A stretch of DNA of 56,335 nt, taken from positions 1 through 56,335 of the forward strand of contig JAUIFX010000003.1 of assembly GCA_030429865.1 (NCBI GenBank), in the 5' to 3' direction. Of the stretch, positions 36,411-46,273 are shown piece after piece. Origin of the DNA: Gammaproteobacteria bacterium (GTDB lineage Bacteria > Pseudomonadota > Gammaproteobacteria > Ga0077536). A program made the translations under genes and the position numbers. Below the pieces are notes generated by a model. It had not been told where the DNA came from. It saw nothing but the letters and a program-made list of their open reading frames with translations, and made no database searches. The first letter of the stretch is position 1. Every line of letters begins with the position of its first letter.

Positions 36411-38549
36411 ATGAGCGACGAATCGCGCCAGAACTTTCTCAACCGCCTGCGCATCCAGAAGGACCTCGAGAAGTTCACCGCCGGCGCGCTCGCGCGCCAC
36501 GGCAACGTCGAGGACACCGTCGCGCGCATCGCCGCGCTAGAGCGCCGCGACCAGGACTTCGTCTACGCCTGGGTCGAGCTCATCGCCCGCTCCAACCACG
36601 AGCTCGCGGCCCATTTCATCGGCCGCGTCGCCAGCGCGTTCGACAAGATGGAGCGCAGCGGCGTCGAGGACTGGGTCGACCAGGCCATGACCACGTTCGA
36701 CAACCGCGGCCTCGGCTTCGCCATCGAGGCGCTCGAGCATGTCGACGACTTCGCGCGCGAGTACGCCAGCCGCCACGTGCGTTGCGGTTTCGACGATGCA
36801 TCCGGCTTCCTGCGCCACTTCGTGCGCGGCCTGGGCGGTCGCGAGCTGCGCGTGATCAGTGACCAGTCGACGTTCACCGACACCGAGTCGCTGTACCTGC
36901 CGGACGTCGTCAATCTCTACCCCGAACCCGAGCAGAACTTCACCATCTACAAGCTGACCGCGGTGCACCTGTGGGCGCAGACCTGGTACGGCACGTGGCG
37001 CTACCAGGTGGTCGAGCAGCTCATCCGGCAATTCGACGACGAGCACCCGATGGCGATCTTCAATCGCCTCGAATGCATCCGCCTCGAAGCCTGCATCGCC
37101 CGCGACTTCCCCGGCCTGTCGCGCGAGTTCCGGCTCTACGGCAGCGTCGGCGAAGCGGGCGACGCGCTGTGGGACGAATGGCGCCGGCGCGCCTCGCGTC
37201 TCGCCGAACGCGAGGCGAGCGCGGCCGATTCGCTGGCGCTGGTCGAGGCGTTCGGCGAATTGCCCCTGCCACCGTTGCGGCCGTTCGAGGGCGACATGTT
37301 CGCCGGGCGCGTGCGCCAGGCCCTGTTCGCCCGCATCGAGCGCGAGAAGAGCGCGTTCCAGCGCGCGATGCAGGAATTGCGCGACCAGGACGACCGCGGC
37401 GAGGGTGGCGGCGACGACGCGCAGAAACAGCTCGTCGAAGTCGAGATGCAGGACGAGGCCGGGGCCGGCGGCGAGGACGTCAATTTCCAGCTCACCATCG
37501 ACGGCGAAGTCACTGCCATCCCGGAGCACATGAAAGACCTCATGGGCTCGATCATGCAGGATTTCGGTGAGATCCCCGACGATCATCTCGAGCCGCTCGA
37601 ACGCGGCGAGTATTCCGATGCCCTGTTGCCGCAGAAAGGCGACGTCGACGGCGACGACGATCCCGATCTCAACGACGCCGGCAGCTTCAGCTATCGCGAA
37701 TGGGACTGCGTGCGCCAGCGTTTCCGCGAGGGTTTCTGCACGCTGCGCGAGCTGTCCGTGCCGCCGGGCGACGAAGGCTTCGTTGCCGCCACGCTCGACA
37801 AGCACCGCGGCCTGTTGAAGTCGATCAAGCGCTCCTTCGAAGCCGTTCTCGGCGAATCGCGCCTGCAGCGGCGCCAGTCGGACGGTGACGACATCGATCT
37901 CGATGCGCTGGTCGAGGCCTTCTCCGACGTCGCCCAGGGGCGCGAGATGAGCGAGTACCTGTATACCCGCTACCGCAACCAGGAGCGCAACATCGCCGTC
38001 ATGTTCATGGTCGACATGAGCGGCTCGACGCTCGGCTGGGTCAACGACGCCGAACGCGAGGCGCTGGTGCTGCTATGCGAGGCGCTCGAGATGCTGGGCG
38101 ATCGCTACGCCATCTTCGGCTTCTCGGGACGCACCAACAAGCGCTGCGAGGTCTACCGCATCAAGGACTTCGAAGAGTCCTACTCGAGTGCGGTGCGCCA
38201 GCGCATCAGCGGCATCCGGCCCAAGGCCTACACCCGCATGGGTGTCGCCATCCGCCATCTCGGCCAGCTCCTCCAACACACGCAGGCGCGCACCAAGCTG
38301 CTCATCACGCTATCCGACGGGCGCCCCGAGGACTACGGCGGCTACAAGGGCAAGTACGGCATCGAGGATACCCGCCACGCCCTGCTCGAACTCAAGCAGG
38401 GTGGCATCCACTCCTTCTGCGTGACCATCGACAACGAGGCGCAGGAATACCTGCCGCACATGTACGGTCCGGCGAACTTCGCGGTGATCGACGAGGTGGA
38501 GAAGCTGCCTTACAAGGTGGCGGATATCTACCGCCGTCTCACCACCTGA
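36411..38549 (+). CDS. cbbO: CbbO/NorD-type vWA adaptor
   Basis: YREWD, DGDDIDLDA, MIDAS VDMSGST...YTRMG...LSDG. Confidence 0.88.
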   Translation: MSDESRQNFLNRLRIQKDLEKFTAGALARHGNVEDTVARIAALERRDQDFVYAWVELIARSNHELAAHFIGRVASAFDKMERSGVEDWVDQAMTTFDNRGLGFAIEALEHVDDFAREYASRHVRCGFDDASGFLRHFVRGLGGRELRVISDQSTFTDTESLYLPDVVNLYPEPEQNFTIYKLTAVHLWAQTWYGTWRYQVVEQLIRQFDDEHPMAIFNRLECIRLEACIARDFPGLSREFRLYGSVGEAGDALWDEWRRRASRLAEREASAADSLALVEAFGELPLPPLRPFEGDMFAGRVRQALFARIEREKSAFQRAMQELRDQDDRGEGGGDDAQKQLVEVEMQDEAGAGGEDVNFQLTIDGEVTAIPEHMKDLMGSIMQDFGEIPDDHLEPLERGEYSDALLPQKGDVDGDDDPDLNDAGSFSYREWDCVRQRFREGFCTLRELSVPPGDEGFVAATLDKHRGLLKSIKRSFEAVLGESRLQRRQSDGDDIDLDALVEAFSDVAQGREMSEYLYTRYRNQERNIAVMFMVDMSGSTLGWVNDAEREALVLLCEALEMLGDRYAIFGFSGRTNKRCEVYRIKDFEESYSSAVRQRISGIRPKAYTRMGVAIRHLGQLLQHTQARTKLLITLSDGRPEDYGGYKGKYGIEDTRHALLELKQGGIHSFCVTIDNEAQEYLPHMYGPANFAVIDEVEKLPYKVADIYRRLTT

Positions 38550-38694
38550 CGGCATGGCCGCCAAGGGGGCTGCGCTGCTGTCTGGCGGCGTTGCGTGCGC
38601 GCCTGCGCTGCTCATTGGCAAGTAGCCAACTGCGCTGCTCGTCTCCCCCGCGCCTTGCCAGACAGCATGCTCGCTCCCCTTGGCGACCATGCCG
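38550..38694. mobile_element. MITE-like palindromic element, 145 bp
   Basis: Terminal inverted repeats CGGCATGGCCGCCAAGGGG / CCCCTTGGCGACCATGCCG (1 mismatch); inner arms TGCTGTCTGGC / GCCAGACAGCA. Confidence 0.7.
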
Positions 38695-38809
38695 CGACAT
38701 CCCCAAAGCTCGACGTTGCGTTGGCGCTGCTGTCTGGCGGCGTTGCGTGCTCGCCTGCGCTGCTCATTGGCAAGTAGCCAACTGCGCTGCTCGTCTCCCG
38801 GGCGCCTTG
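38572..38809. repeat. 86-bp direct duplication of the element core
   Basis: 38572-38657 and 38724-38809 are near-identical (period 152 bp). Confidence 0.9.
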
Positions 38810-38857
38810 TCCGTCGATGCGTCCGCCGCTATCGGGAACCTTGAGTCCCCGGCCCTC

Positions 38858-39745
38858 TCAGGATACGGGCCACGCGGCGACCGGGTTCTCGAGGACCCCG
38901 ATGGGCGGGATTTCGATGCGCACGACGTCGCCCGGGACGAGGAAACGGGGCGGGTCGAAGCCGGCGCCGACGCCGGCCGGGGTGCCCGTGGCGATGACGT
39001 CGCCGGGCAGCAGCGTGATGCCCGCGGAGATGCTCGCGATGAGCGCCGGCACGTCGAACATCATCAGCCCGGTGTTGCCATCCTGGCGCAGCTCATCGTT
39101 GACGTAGCAGCGGACCGGCGTGTCGTCGAGATCGAGTTCGTCGCGCGTCACCGCGTAAGGACCCATCGGGCAGAAACCGTCCTGGGACTTGCCGAGCAGC
39201 CATTGCTGGTGGCGTTTCTGCACGTCGCGCGCGGTGACGTCGTTGACGATGGTGTAACCCCACACGTGTTCAAGCGCCCGCTCACGTGCGATCGCGCGCC
39301 CGCCGCGCCCAATGACGACGGCGAGTTCGGCCTCGTAATCGAGCGCGCCCGTCACGCACGCATCGCGTGGAATTGCCGCGCCCGGCCCGATCACGCACTC
39401 CGGCAGCTTGGAGAACACGATCGGGGCCGGCGCGGCCTGCGTGCCGCGGCCGGTCGTATCGAAACCGCCGCGGGCGATCTCGGCGACATGCGCGTGGTAG
39501 TTCTTGCCGACGCAGAAGAGATTGCGACGCGGGCGCGGAATCGGCGCCAGCACGGTCAACACCTCGCCCGCCAGGCGCTGCGCCACGTCGCGCAGCGGCG
39601 GCAGCGAACCATCCCGCTCCAGCAGGGCAAGCAGGCCGCGCCGTGCCTCGTCCTCGCTGAGCTCGAACGGCTGCAGGCTCGCCCCGTCCGGCGCGAGGAC
39701 ACCCAGTTCGACGCGCGTTGCCGTGCGGTAGGCCGCGATGCGCAT
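38858..39745 (-). CDS. Fumarylacetoacetate hydrolase family protein
   Basis: CVGKNY, DYEAELAVVIG, NDVTARD, GKSQDGFCPMGP, TGTPAGVG. Confidence 0.92.
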   Translation of the reverse strand: MRIAAYRTATRVELGVLAPDGASLQPFELSEDEARRGLLALLERDGSLPPLRDVAQRLAGEVLTVLAPIPRPRRNLFCVGKNYHAHVAEIARGGFDTTGRGTQAAPAPIVFSKLPECVIGPGAAIPRDACVTGALDYEAELAVVIGRGGRAIARERALEHVWGYTIVNDVTARDVQKRHQQWLLGKSQDGFCPMGPYAVTRDELDLDDTPVRCYVNDELRQDGNTGLMMFDVPALIASISAGITLLPGDVIATGTPAGVGAGFDPPRFLVPGDVVRIEIPPIGVLENPVAAWPVS

Positions 39746-39876
39746 GGATGGCCGTCTCCTTCATTGGGGTCGTATCGATTAGTCGCGGCACCGAGCGTAA
39801 CAGTGGCCGGACGCGGCGGACAATCGGCCACCCCGCCCCCCGTATCAGCGCCGCGGCGTGCTTTCCCGCCGGGCTC

Positions 39877-39904
39877 TAAAGCCGCGGGCTGCCCGCGCCG
39901 CTAT
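39877..39904 (+). promoter_or_regulatory. Candidate sigma28 (FliA) promoter
   Basis: TAAAG-N15-GCCGCTAT, 10 nt upstream of the GGDEF ATG. Confidence 0.55.
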
Positions 39905-39914
39905 CTGCATCAAT

Positions 39915-41471
39915 ATGGCGACAACAGCGGCAAACCTGTCCGAGGATTGGAAGGACAAGTATTTCAAGGCGCTCAACGAGCTCGATGCGCAGGCTGACGC
40001 TCACACCGCGAAAATGCGCCGCCGGGCCCGAGACCTGCTCGCCGTACTCGGGCGCTTCGGCGGGCGCGACGCCGGTTTCGACGAGCAGCTCGAGCTGGCC
40101 CGCCGGGCGGTCTCCGCCGGGGGCGACGATTTCGAGGTCCGCCTGCAGGACCTGATGGGACGCTTCGAGCGCCTCGGCGACACCGGCACCGCTGCCGCGG
40201 CGGCGCCAGCCACCGGGCAGACGGTGGACGATAGCGTTGCGGCCGTCGTCGACGCGCTGGCCGAGGGCCGCGGCTACGCCGCCGACATCGCCGACCTGGC
40301 CGCCGAGATCCGTGCCACGGAATCACACACGCGGTGCCTCGCCCTGGTTCGCGACATCGGCGAACGCCTCGATACGCTGCTCGGCGCGAGTGCCGACGCG
40401 AGCAACGCCAAGCAGGCGGCACGCGACGCCCTGCAGACACTGCTGGACCACCTCTCGCTGCCGCGCGACGCGCAAACCCGCCTGGCGGACATCACCCCGC
40501 GGCTGCAGAACGCGCGCGGCGACGACGAGTTGCGCGTCATCGCCAAGGAGCTGGCCGCTTTCATGGGCGACGTGATCAGCGCCCTGCAGGCCGAGATCAC
40601 CAGCCTCAACGGTTTCCTGGTCACCATCAAGGGCCGCCTCGAGACCGTCTCCAGCCACGTCGTCGAAGAGAGCCGCGACCACAAGCGTGCCGCGGCAGCG
40701 CGCGAACACCTCGATCACACCGTGCGGCGCAGCCTCGACGACATGCGCGGCAAGGTCGAGCGGACGCAGGACATCGAGGTGCTGAAGAGCACCATCCAGC
40801 ACCAGCTCGCCCACATCGGCGGCAGTATCAGCAGCTACCTGGAGACCGAGACGCGGCGCGCTTTCGTCGCCGAGAAGGCCCGGCGCCATCTCGCCGACCA
40901 GGTCGCGGCGATGAAAAAAGAATCGGACCAACTGCGCGAGAAGCTCGCCGAGGCGCAGTCCCGTGCCAGCCGCGACGCGCTCACCGGCCTGCCCAACCGG
41001 GTCGCCTACGGCGAGCGCATCAGGATGGAGCGCGCGCGCATGCAGCGCCACGGCACGCCGTTGACGCTGGCGGTGATCGATATCGACCACTTCAAGGGCA
41101 TCAACGACACCTGGGGTCACCAGGCCGGTGACCGCGTGCTCAAGCACCTGGCCCGCGAACTCGGCGACCAGGTCCGGGCGAGCGACTTCTTCGCCCGCAT
41201 CGGCGGCGAGGAATTCGTGCTGGTGCTGCCCGAAACGCGGCTCGCGGGCGCGCACGTCGTCCTCGAGAAGCTTCGCGAACACATCGCGCGCTGCCGCTTC
41301 AAGTACAAGGATGCCCCGATCAACGTGACCATCTCCTGCGGCCTCGCCGAATTCGCCGCCGGTGAATCGGCTGATGCCGCGTTCGCCCGTGCCGATGCCG
41401 GCCTCTACGCAGCCAAGTCCGGCGGGCGCAATCGCTGCGAGGCCGTCATGCCGCCGGCCGGCCCGCGCTGA
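39915..41471 (+). CDS. Diguanylate cyclase with coiled-coil N-terminus
   Basis: DALTGLPNR, DIDHFKGINDTWGH, I-site RASD, GGEEF. Confidence 0.93.
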   Translation: MATTAANLSEDWKDKYFKALNELDAQADAHTAKMRRRARDLLAVLGRFGGRDAGFDEQLELARRAVSAGGDDFEVRLQDLMGRFERLGDTGTAAAAAPATGQTVDDSVAAVVDALAEGRGYAADIADLAAEIRATESHTRCLALVRDIGERLDTLLGASADASNAKQAARDALQTLLDHLSLPRDAQTRLADITPRLQNARGDDELRVIAKELAAFMGDVISALQAEITSLNGFLVTIKGRLETVSSHVVEESRDHKRAAAAREHLDHTVRRSLDDMRGKVERTQDIEVLKSTIQHQLAHIGGSISSYLETETRRAFVAEKARRHLADQVAAMKKESDQLREKLAEAQSRASRDALTGLPNRVAYGERIRMERARMQRHGTPLTLAVIDIDHFKGINDTWGHQAGDRVLKHLARELGDQVRASDFFARIGGEEFVLVLPETRLAGAHVVLEKLREHIARCRFKYKDAPINVTISCGLAEFAAGESADAAFARADAGLYAAKSGGRNRCEAVMPPAGPR

Positions 41472-41532
41472 GGCGATCCGCCCCGAGGACCTGCGGGTCC
41501 CGGCTCACGCCGAGCGCGGCGCCGGGCGTCCC

Positions 41533-41970
41533 TCAGGCGAGCGCCCCCGCAATGTAGTTCTCGAGCTGGCCGATGACGAATTCCTGCTCGGCGATGATCG
41601 CCTTCACGAGATCGCCGATGGAGATGATGCCCATGACCCGCCCCTGGTCCATGACCGGCAGATGGCGGATACGCTTGTCGGTCATCAATGCCATGGCATC
41701 TTCCACCGTCTGCTCGGGCAACGCGTGCAGCACCGAGGTCGACATGATGTCGGCGACCGGCGTGGTCAGCGACGAACGCCCTTCGAGCACGACCTTACGC
41801 GCGTAGTCGCGCTCACTGACGATGCCGACGATGGTTCCGCCCTGCAGGACCAGCAGCGCGCCGATGCCTTTCTCGGCCATCAATCGCAGCGCATCGTAAA
41901 CCGTCGTCTCGGCGTTGACCGACCACACCTGGTGGCCCTTGCTGTCGAGCAGTTGACGTATCGTTTGCAT
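41533..41970 (-). CDS. CBS-pair protein
   Basis: GIVSERDYARKV, IRHLPV, ISIGDLVK. Confidence 0.92.
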   Translation of the reverse strand: MQTIRQLLDSKGHQVWSVNAETTVYDALRLMAEKGIGALLVLQGGTIVGIVSERDYARKVVLEGRSSLTTPVADIMSTSVLHALPEQTVEDAMALMTDKRIRHLPVMDQGRVMGIISIGDLVKAIIAEQEFVIGQLENYIAGALA

Positions 41971-42094
41971 GGCGACTCTCCTCCCTGGGCGCGGGCACGG
42001 CCCTATGTTCAACTCTAGTACACTGTCCGCGGATCGCCAGCCGCGGCCACCGGCACGGCTTGCGCATCGCAGCATCCACGAGGGGAGTAGCATC

Positions 42095-42877
42095 ATGAAC
42101 GAGGTCGTGCTGAGCGCGCGCGACGGCGCCGTCATGCGCCTGACCATCAACCGCCCCGAGCGCCGCAACGCACTCAACGAGGAGGTCTGCCGCGCACTGG
42201 CCGCCGGCATCGATGCCGCCGAGGCCGATGCCGCCGTGCGGGTCGTCGTCATCACCGGCGCCGGCGACAAGGCCTTCTGCGCCGGCGGCGACCTCAAGCC
42301 CGGCGCCGACGGCACGCCGTTCACCATCGATCCCGCGCGGCCGCGCCATTACGTCATCGACCTGTTCCGCCGCCTCGAGGCCTGCACGCGTCCGGTCGTC
42401 GCGCGCGTCAACGGCCACGCGCTCGCCGGCGGCCTCGGCCTGGTCTGCGCCTGTGACATGGCGGTCGGCGTCGAACACGCGAGCCTGGGCGTGCCCGAGA
42501 CGCGTGTCGGCCTGTTCCCGATGATGATCCTGTCGTACATGATGCGCATCGTGCCGCGCCGCAAGCTGTTCGAGATGACCATCACCGGCGAGCCGTTCAG
42601 CGCCGCCGAGGCGCTCGAGCTCGGCATCCTCAACTACGCCGTGCCGGCGGCCGAACTCGACGCACGCGTCGACTGGCTCATCGCGCGCATCGTAGACAAG
42701 TCACCGACCGGCATCCGCCTGGGCAAACAGGCCTTCCGCGCGATCGAGGACATGCCGCTCGACAAGGCCTTCGAGTACACCCAGCTCATGCTGCCGATCA
42801 TGGCCATGACCGAGGACGCCCGCGAAGGGTTCGCCGCGTTCAACGAGAAGCGCGACCCCGTCTGGCGCGGACGCTGA
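42095..42877 (+). CDS. Enoyl-CoA hydratase/isomerase
   Basis: NRPERRNAL, AFCAGGDL, ALAGGLGL, PETRVGLFP. Confidence 0.92.
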   Translation: MNEVVLSARDGAVMRLTINRPERRNALNEEVCRALAAGIDAAEADAAVRVVVITGAGDKAFCAGGDLKPGADGTPFTIDPARPRHYVIDLFRRLEACTRPVVARVNGHALAGGLGLVCACDMAVGVEHASLGVPETRVGLFPMMILSYMMRIVPRRKLFEMTITGEPFSAAEALELGILNYAVPAAELDARVDWLIARIVDKSPTGIRLGKQAFRAIEDMPLDKAFEYTQLMLPIMAMTEDAREGFAAFNEKRDPVWRGR

Positions 42878-42878
42878 G

Positions 42879-44693
42879 ATGGCCGCCGACTGCATACGCG
42901 TGGGTTGCGGCGGCGCCTTCTGGGGCGATTCCGCCGCGGGCGCGCGCCAGCTCGTCGAGCGTGGCGACATCGACTACCTCGTGCTCGACTACCTGGCCGA
43001 GATCACGCTGTCCATCCTCGCACGCATGCGCGCCCGCGACCCGGCCGCCGGCTACGCGACGGACTTTCTCGACGCCGTCATGCGCCCGCTCGCCGGCACC
43101 ATCGCCGCACGCGGCATCCGCGTCGTGACCAACGCCGGCGGCATCAACCCGCAGGCACTCGCGGACGCCTTGCGTTCGCTCTGCAGCGACCTCGGCGTGA
43201 CGCTGAACATCGTCGCCGTGTGCGGCGACGACCTTGCCGACCGGGTCGAAGACCTGCGCGCCGCGGACGTGCGCGAGATGGGCAGCGGCGCGCCGCTGCC
43301 GGCGAAGCTGACCAGCATCAATGCCTACCTCGGCGCGACACCGATTGCCGCCGCGCTCGCCGCCGGCGCCGACATCGTCGTCACCGGCCGCTGCGTCGAC
43401 AGCGCGCTCGTGCTGGGACCGCTGATGCACGAGTTCGGCTGGGCCGAAGACGATTACGACCGCCTCGCCGCGGGTTCCCTGGCCGGTCACGTCATCGAGT
43501 GCGGCACGCAGTGCACCGGCGGCCTGTACACCGACTGGGAACAGGTGCCCGGCTGGGACGACATGGGGTTTCCCATCGCCGAGTGCCGGGCCGACGGCAG
43601 CTTCACGCTGAGCAAGCCGGCGGGTACCGGCGGCCTCGTCACGCCGGCCACCGTCGCCGAGCAGGTGGTCTACGAGATCGGCGACCCGGCACGCTACCTG
43701 CTGCCCGACGTGACCTGTGATTTCTCCCACGTCTCGCTGCGGGCCGACGGCCCCGGGCGCGTCGTCGTGCAGGGCGCGCGCGGCCTGCCGCCCGGGCCGG
43801 AGTACAAGGTCTCGGCGACCTGGGCCGACGGCTACCGCGCCACCGCGACATTGATGATCGGCGGCCGCGATGCCGCCGCCAAGGCCGCACGCGTCGCGGC
43901 CGCCCTGCTCGCGCGCACGCGCCGGCTGTTCGCCGATGCCGGCCACGCGGACTACGCCGAAGTGTCCGTCGAAGTGCTCGGTGCCGAGGCCACCTACGGC
44001 CCGCACGCGCGCGCCGCCGCGACGCGCGAAGTCGTGCTCAAGCTCGCCGTGCGCCATGCCGAGCGCGGGGCGCTCGAGATCTTCGCCCGCGAGATCTATC
44101 CCGCGGCGACGGCGATGGCGCCGGGCATGACCGGGTTCGCCGGCGGACGTCCCGCGGTGCAACCGGTAATCCGCTTGTTCTCCTGCCTGGTCCCGAAGAG
44201 CCTGGCCACGGTGAGCCTGGCCGGCGGCGACGGTACGCGGGAAGTTGCGGTCCACTGCGGATCTGAAGCCGCGCCGCCGGCGCCGCAAGCGGCGGCCGCG
44301 ATCGCGAACCCGGACGCGACCGCGAGCGCGGCCGATACCGTCTGCGTACCGCTGCTGCGCCTGGCCCACGCGCGCTCCGGCGACAAGGGTGACAGCGCCA
44401 ACATCGGCGTGCTCGCGCGGCGTGCCGACTTCCTGCCGCTGCTGCGCGAACAGCTCACGGCCGAGGCGGTCGCGGCATGGTTCGCGCATCTCGCCGGCGG
44501 ACCGGTAACGCGATACGAATGGCCGGGCCTGCACGGTTTCAACTTCGTCCTCGAAGCCGCCCTCGGCGGCGGCGGTACGGCATCGCTGCGCTACGATCCG
44601 CAGGGCAAGGCCTACGCGCAGATGCTGCTCGACATGCCGCTGCGGGTGCCGGCGAGCCTCCTCGCCGGCGAGGCTATACTGGGCAGCGCCTGA
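42879..44693 (+). CDS. atuA: Acyclic terpene utilization AtuA family protein
   Basis: FWGDS, DYLAEIT, NAGGINP, GHVIECG, HARSGDKG, LRYDPQGK. Confidence 0.92.
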   Translation: MAADCIRVGCGGAFWGDSAAGARQLVERGDIDYLVLDYLAEITLSILARMRARDPAAGYATDFLDAVMRPLAGTIAARGIRVVTNAGGINPQALADALRSLCSDLGVTLNIVAVCGDDLADRVEDLRAADVREMGSGAPLPAKLTSINAYLGATPIAAALAAGADIVVTGRCVDSALVLGPLMHEFGWAEDDYDRLAAGSLAGHVIECGTQCTGGLYTDWEQVPGWDDMGFPIAECRADGSFTLSKPAGTGGLVTPATVAEQVVYEIGDPARYLLPDVTCDFSHVSLRADGPGRVVVQGARGLPPGPEYKVSATWADGYRATATLMIGGRDAAAKAARVAAALLARTRRLFADAGHADYAEVSVEVLGAEATYGPHARAAATREVVLKLAVRHAERGALEIFAREIYPAATAMAPGMTGFAGGRPAVQPVIRLFSCLVPKSLATVSLAGGDGTREVAVHCGSEAAPPAPQAAAAIANPDATASAADTVCVPLLRLAHARSGDKGDSANIGVLARRADFLPLLREQLTAEAVAAWFAHLAGGPVTRYEWPGLHGFNFVLEAALGGGGTASLRYDPQGKAYAQMLLDMPLRVPASLLAGEAILGSA

Positions 44694-44744
44694 CGCACCG
44701 CACGCGCATGCCCATCGCCCGGCCCGTCCAGAGAACCTGACACC

Positions 44745-46217
44745 ATGCTCGACAGCATCCTCGTCGCCAACCGTGGCGAAATCGCCTGCCGCGTGCTGCG
44801 CACCGCGCGCGCCATGGGCCTGCGCACCGTCGCCGTCTACCATCACGCCGACCGCGGGGCACCGCACGTGAGCCTCGCCGACAGTGCGCTCGAACTGCAC
44901 GCCGAGGTGCCGACAGCAGCCTATCTCGACGCCGCACAGATCATCGCCGCGGCCGAACGCAGCGGTGCTGCCAGCGTGCACCCGGGCTACGGCTTTCTCG
45001 CCGAGAACGGCGACTTCGCTGCCGCCGTCGAGGCCGCCGGGCTGGTCTTCATCGGTCCGCAGCCCGAGGTCATCCGGTTGATGGGCGACAAGGTCCACGC
45101 CCGCGCTTTCGCCGCCGAGGCCGGCGTACCGCTCGCGCCCAGCGCGCTGATGGAGGAGTCGTTCGAAGCGTTTCTCGATGCCGCCGCCGGCATCGGCCTG
45201 CCGTTGTTGATCAAGGCCGCCGCCGGCGGCGGCGGCAAGGGCATGAGCATCGTGCACGACGCCGCCGATCTCGAAGCCCGCGCGCGCACCGCCATGAGCG
45301 AGGCGGAACGCTATTTCGCCGATGGCCGCGTCTACGCCGAACGCTACGTCGAACAGCCGAGGCATATCGAGGTACAGGTGCTCGGCGACGGCCGCGGCAA
45401 CGTGGTGCACCTGTTCGAACGCGAGTGCTCGGTGCAGCGGCGCTTCCAGAAGATCGTCGAGGAAGCCCCCGCCGCGACCCTGCCGGCGGAGCTGCGCGCG
45501 CGCATCTGCGAGGCGGCCGTCAAGCTCGCCACGCGCGCGAACTACCGCAACGCCGGCACGGTGGAGTTCATCCTCGCCCCCGACGGCGAGTTCTACTTCC
45601 TCGAAATGAACACGCGCCTGCAGGTCGAGCACCCGGTGACGGAGATGATCTGCGGCGTCGACCTGGTCGAAGCCCAGCTGAGGCTCGCCGGCGGCGAGGG
45701 CCTGCCCTGGACGCAGGACGCCATCAGCGTCACCGGGCACGCCATCGAGTGCCGCGTGTGCTGCGAGGACCCGGCCCGCGACTTCCTGCCCGCGACCGGC
45801 CGCGCGCGCGTACTGCGCGAACCGCACGGCCCCGGGGTTCGTTTCGACGGCGGCATCCGCGAAGGCCAGCCGATAACGGCGGCCTTCGATTCGATGATCG
45901 GCAAGCTGGTCTGCCGCGGCGACGATCGCACCCAGGCGATCGACCGCGCGGTCGCCGCGCTCGGCGAACTCACCCTGCTCGGCGTCGACCACAACATCGA
46001 CTACCTGGCGCGCGTCATCGATCATCCGGCGTTCCGTGCCGGGGCGCTGCACACCGGCTTCGTCACCGAGCACGCCGACACGCTGGGTGCACCGGTGCTC
46101 GATGCCGACGCCCGCGCCGCGGTCGTCATCGCCGCCGCGCTCGGGGTCGACGATTTCCGTCGCCTCGCCTATGACATCCCCGAGCCCTACGCCTCGATCG
46201 GCGGCTGGAGGAACTGA
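44745..46217 (+). CDS. Biotin carboxylase subunit of an acyl-CoA carboxylase (MCC/GCC alpha-like)
   Basis: ANRGEIA, HPGYGFLAEN, GGGGKGM, RECSVQRR, EMNTRLQVEHPVTE. Confidence 0.95.
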   Translation: MLDSILVANRGEIACRVLRTARAMGLRTVAVYHHADRGAPHVSLADSALELHAEVPTAAYLDAAQIIAAAERSGAASVHPGYGFLAENGDFAAAVEAAGLVFIGPQPEVIRLMGDKVHARAFAAEAGVPLAPSALMEESFEAFLDAAAGIGLPLLIKAAAGGGGKGMSIVHDAADLEARARTAMSEAERYFADGRVYAERYVEQPRHIEVQVLGDGRGNVVHLFERECSVQRRFQKIVEEAPAATLPAELRARICEAAVKLATRANYRNAGTVEFILAPDGEFYFLEMNTRLQVEHPVTEMICGVDLVEAQLRLAGGEGLPWTQDAISVTGHAIECRVCCEDPARDFLPATGRARVLREPHGPGVRFDGGIREGQPITAAFDSMIGKLVCRGDDRTQAIDRAVAALGELTLLGVDHNIDYLARVIDHPAFRAGALHTGFVTEHADTLGAPVLDADARAAVVIAAALGVDDFRRLAYDIPEPYASIGGWRN

Positions 46218-46273
46218 CACGTGAACGCAACAGCACCGGTGCCGCGAGGGTACCGCGCATCGCAGGCCGCGCC

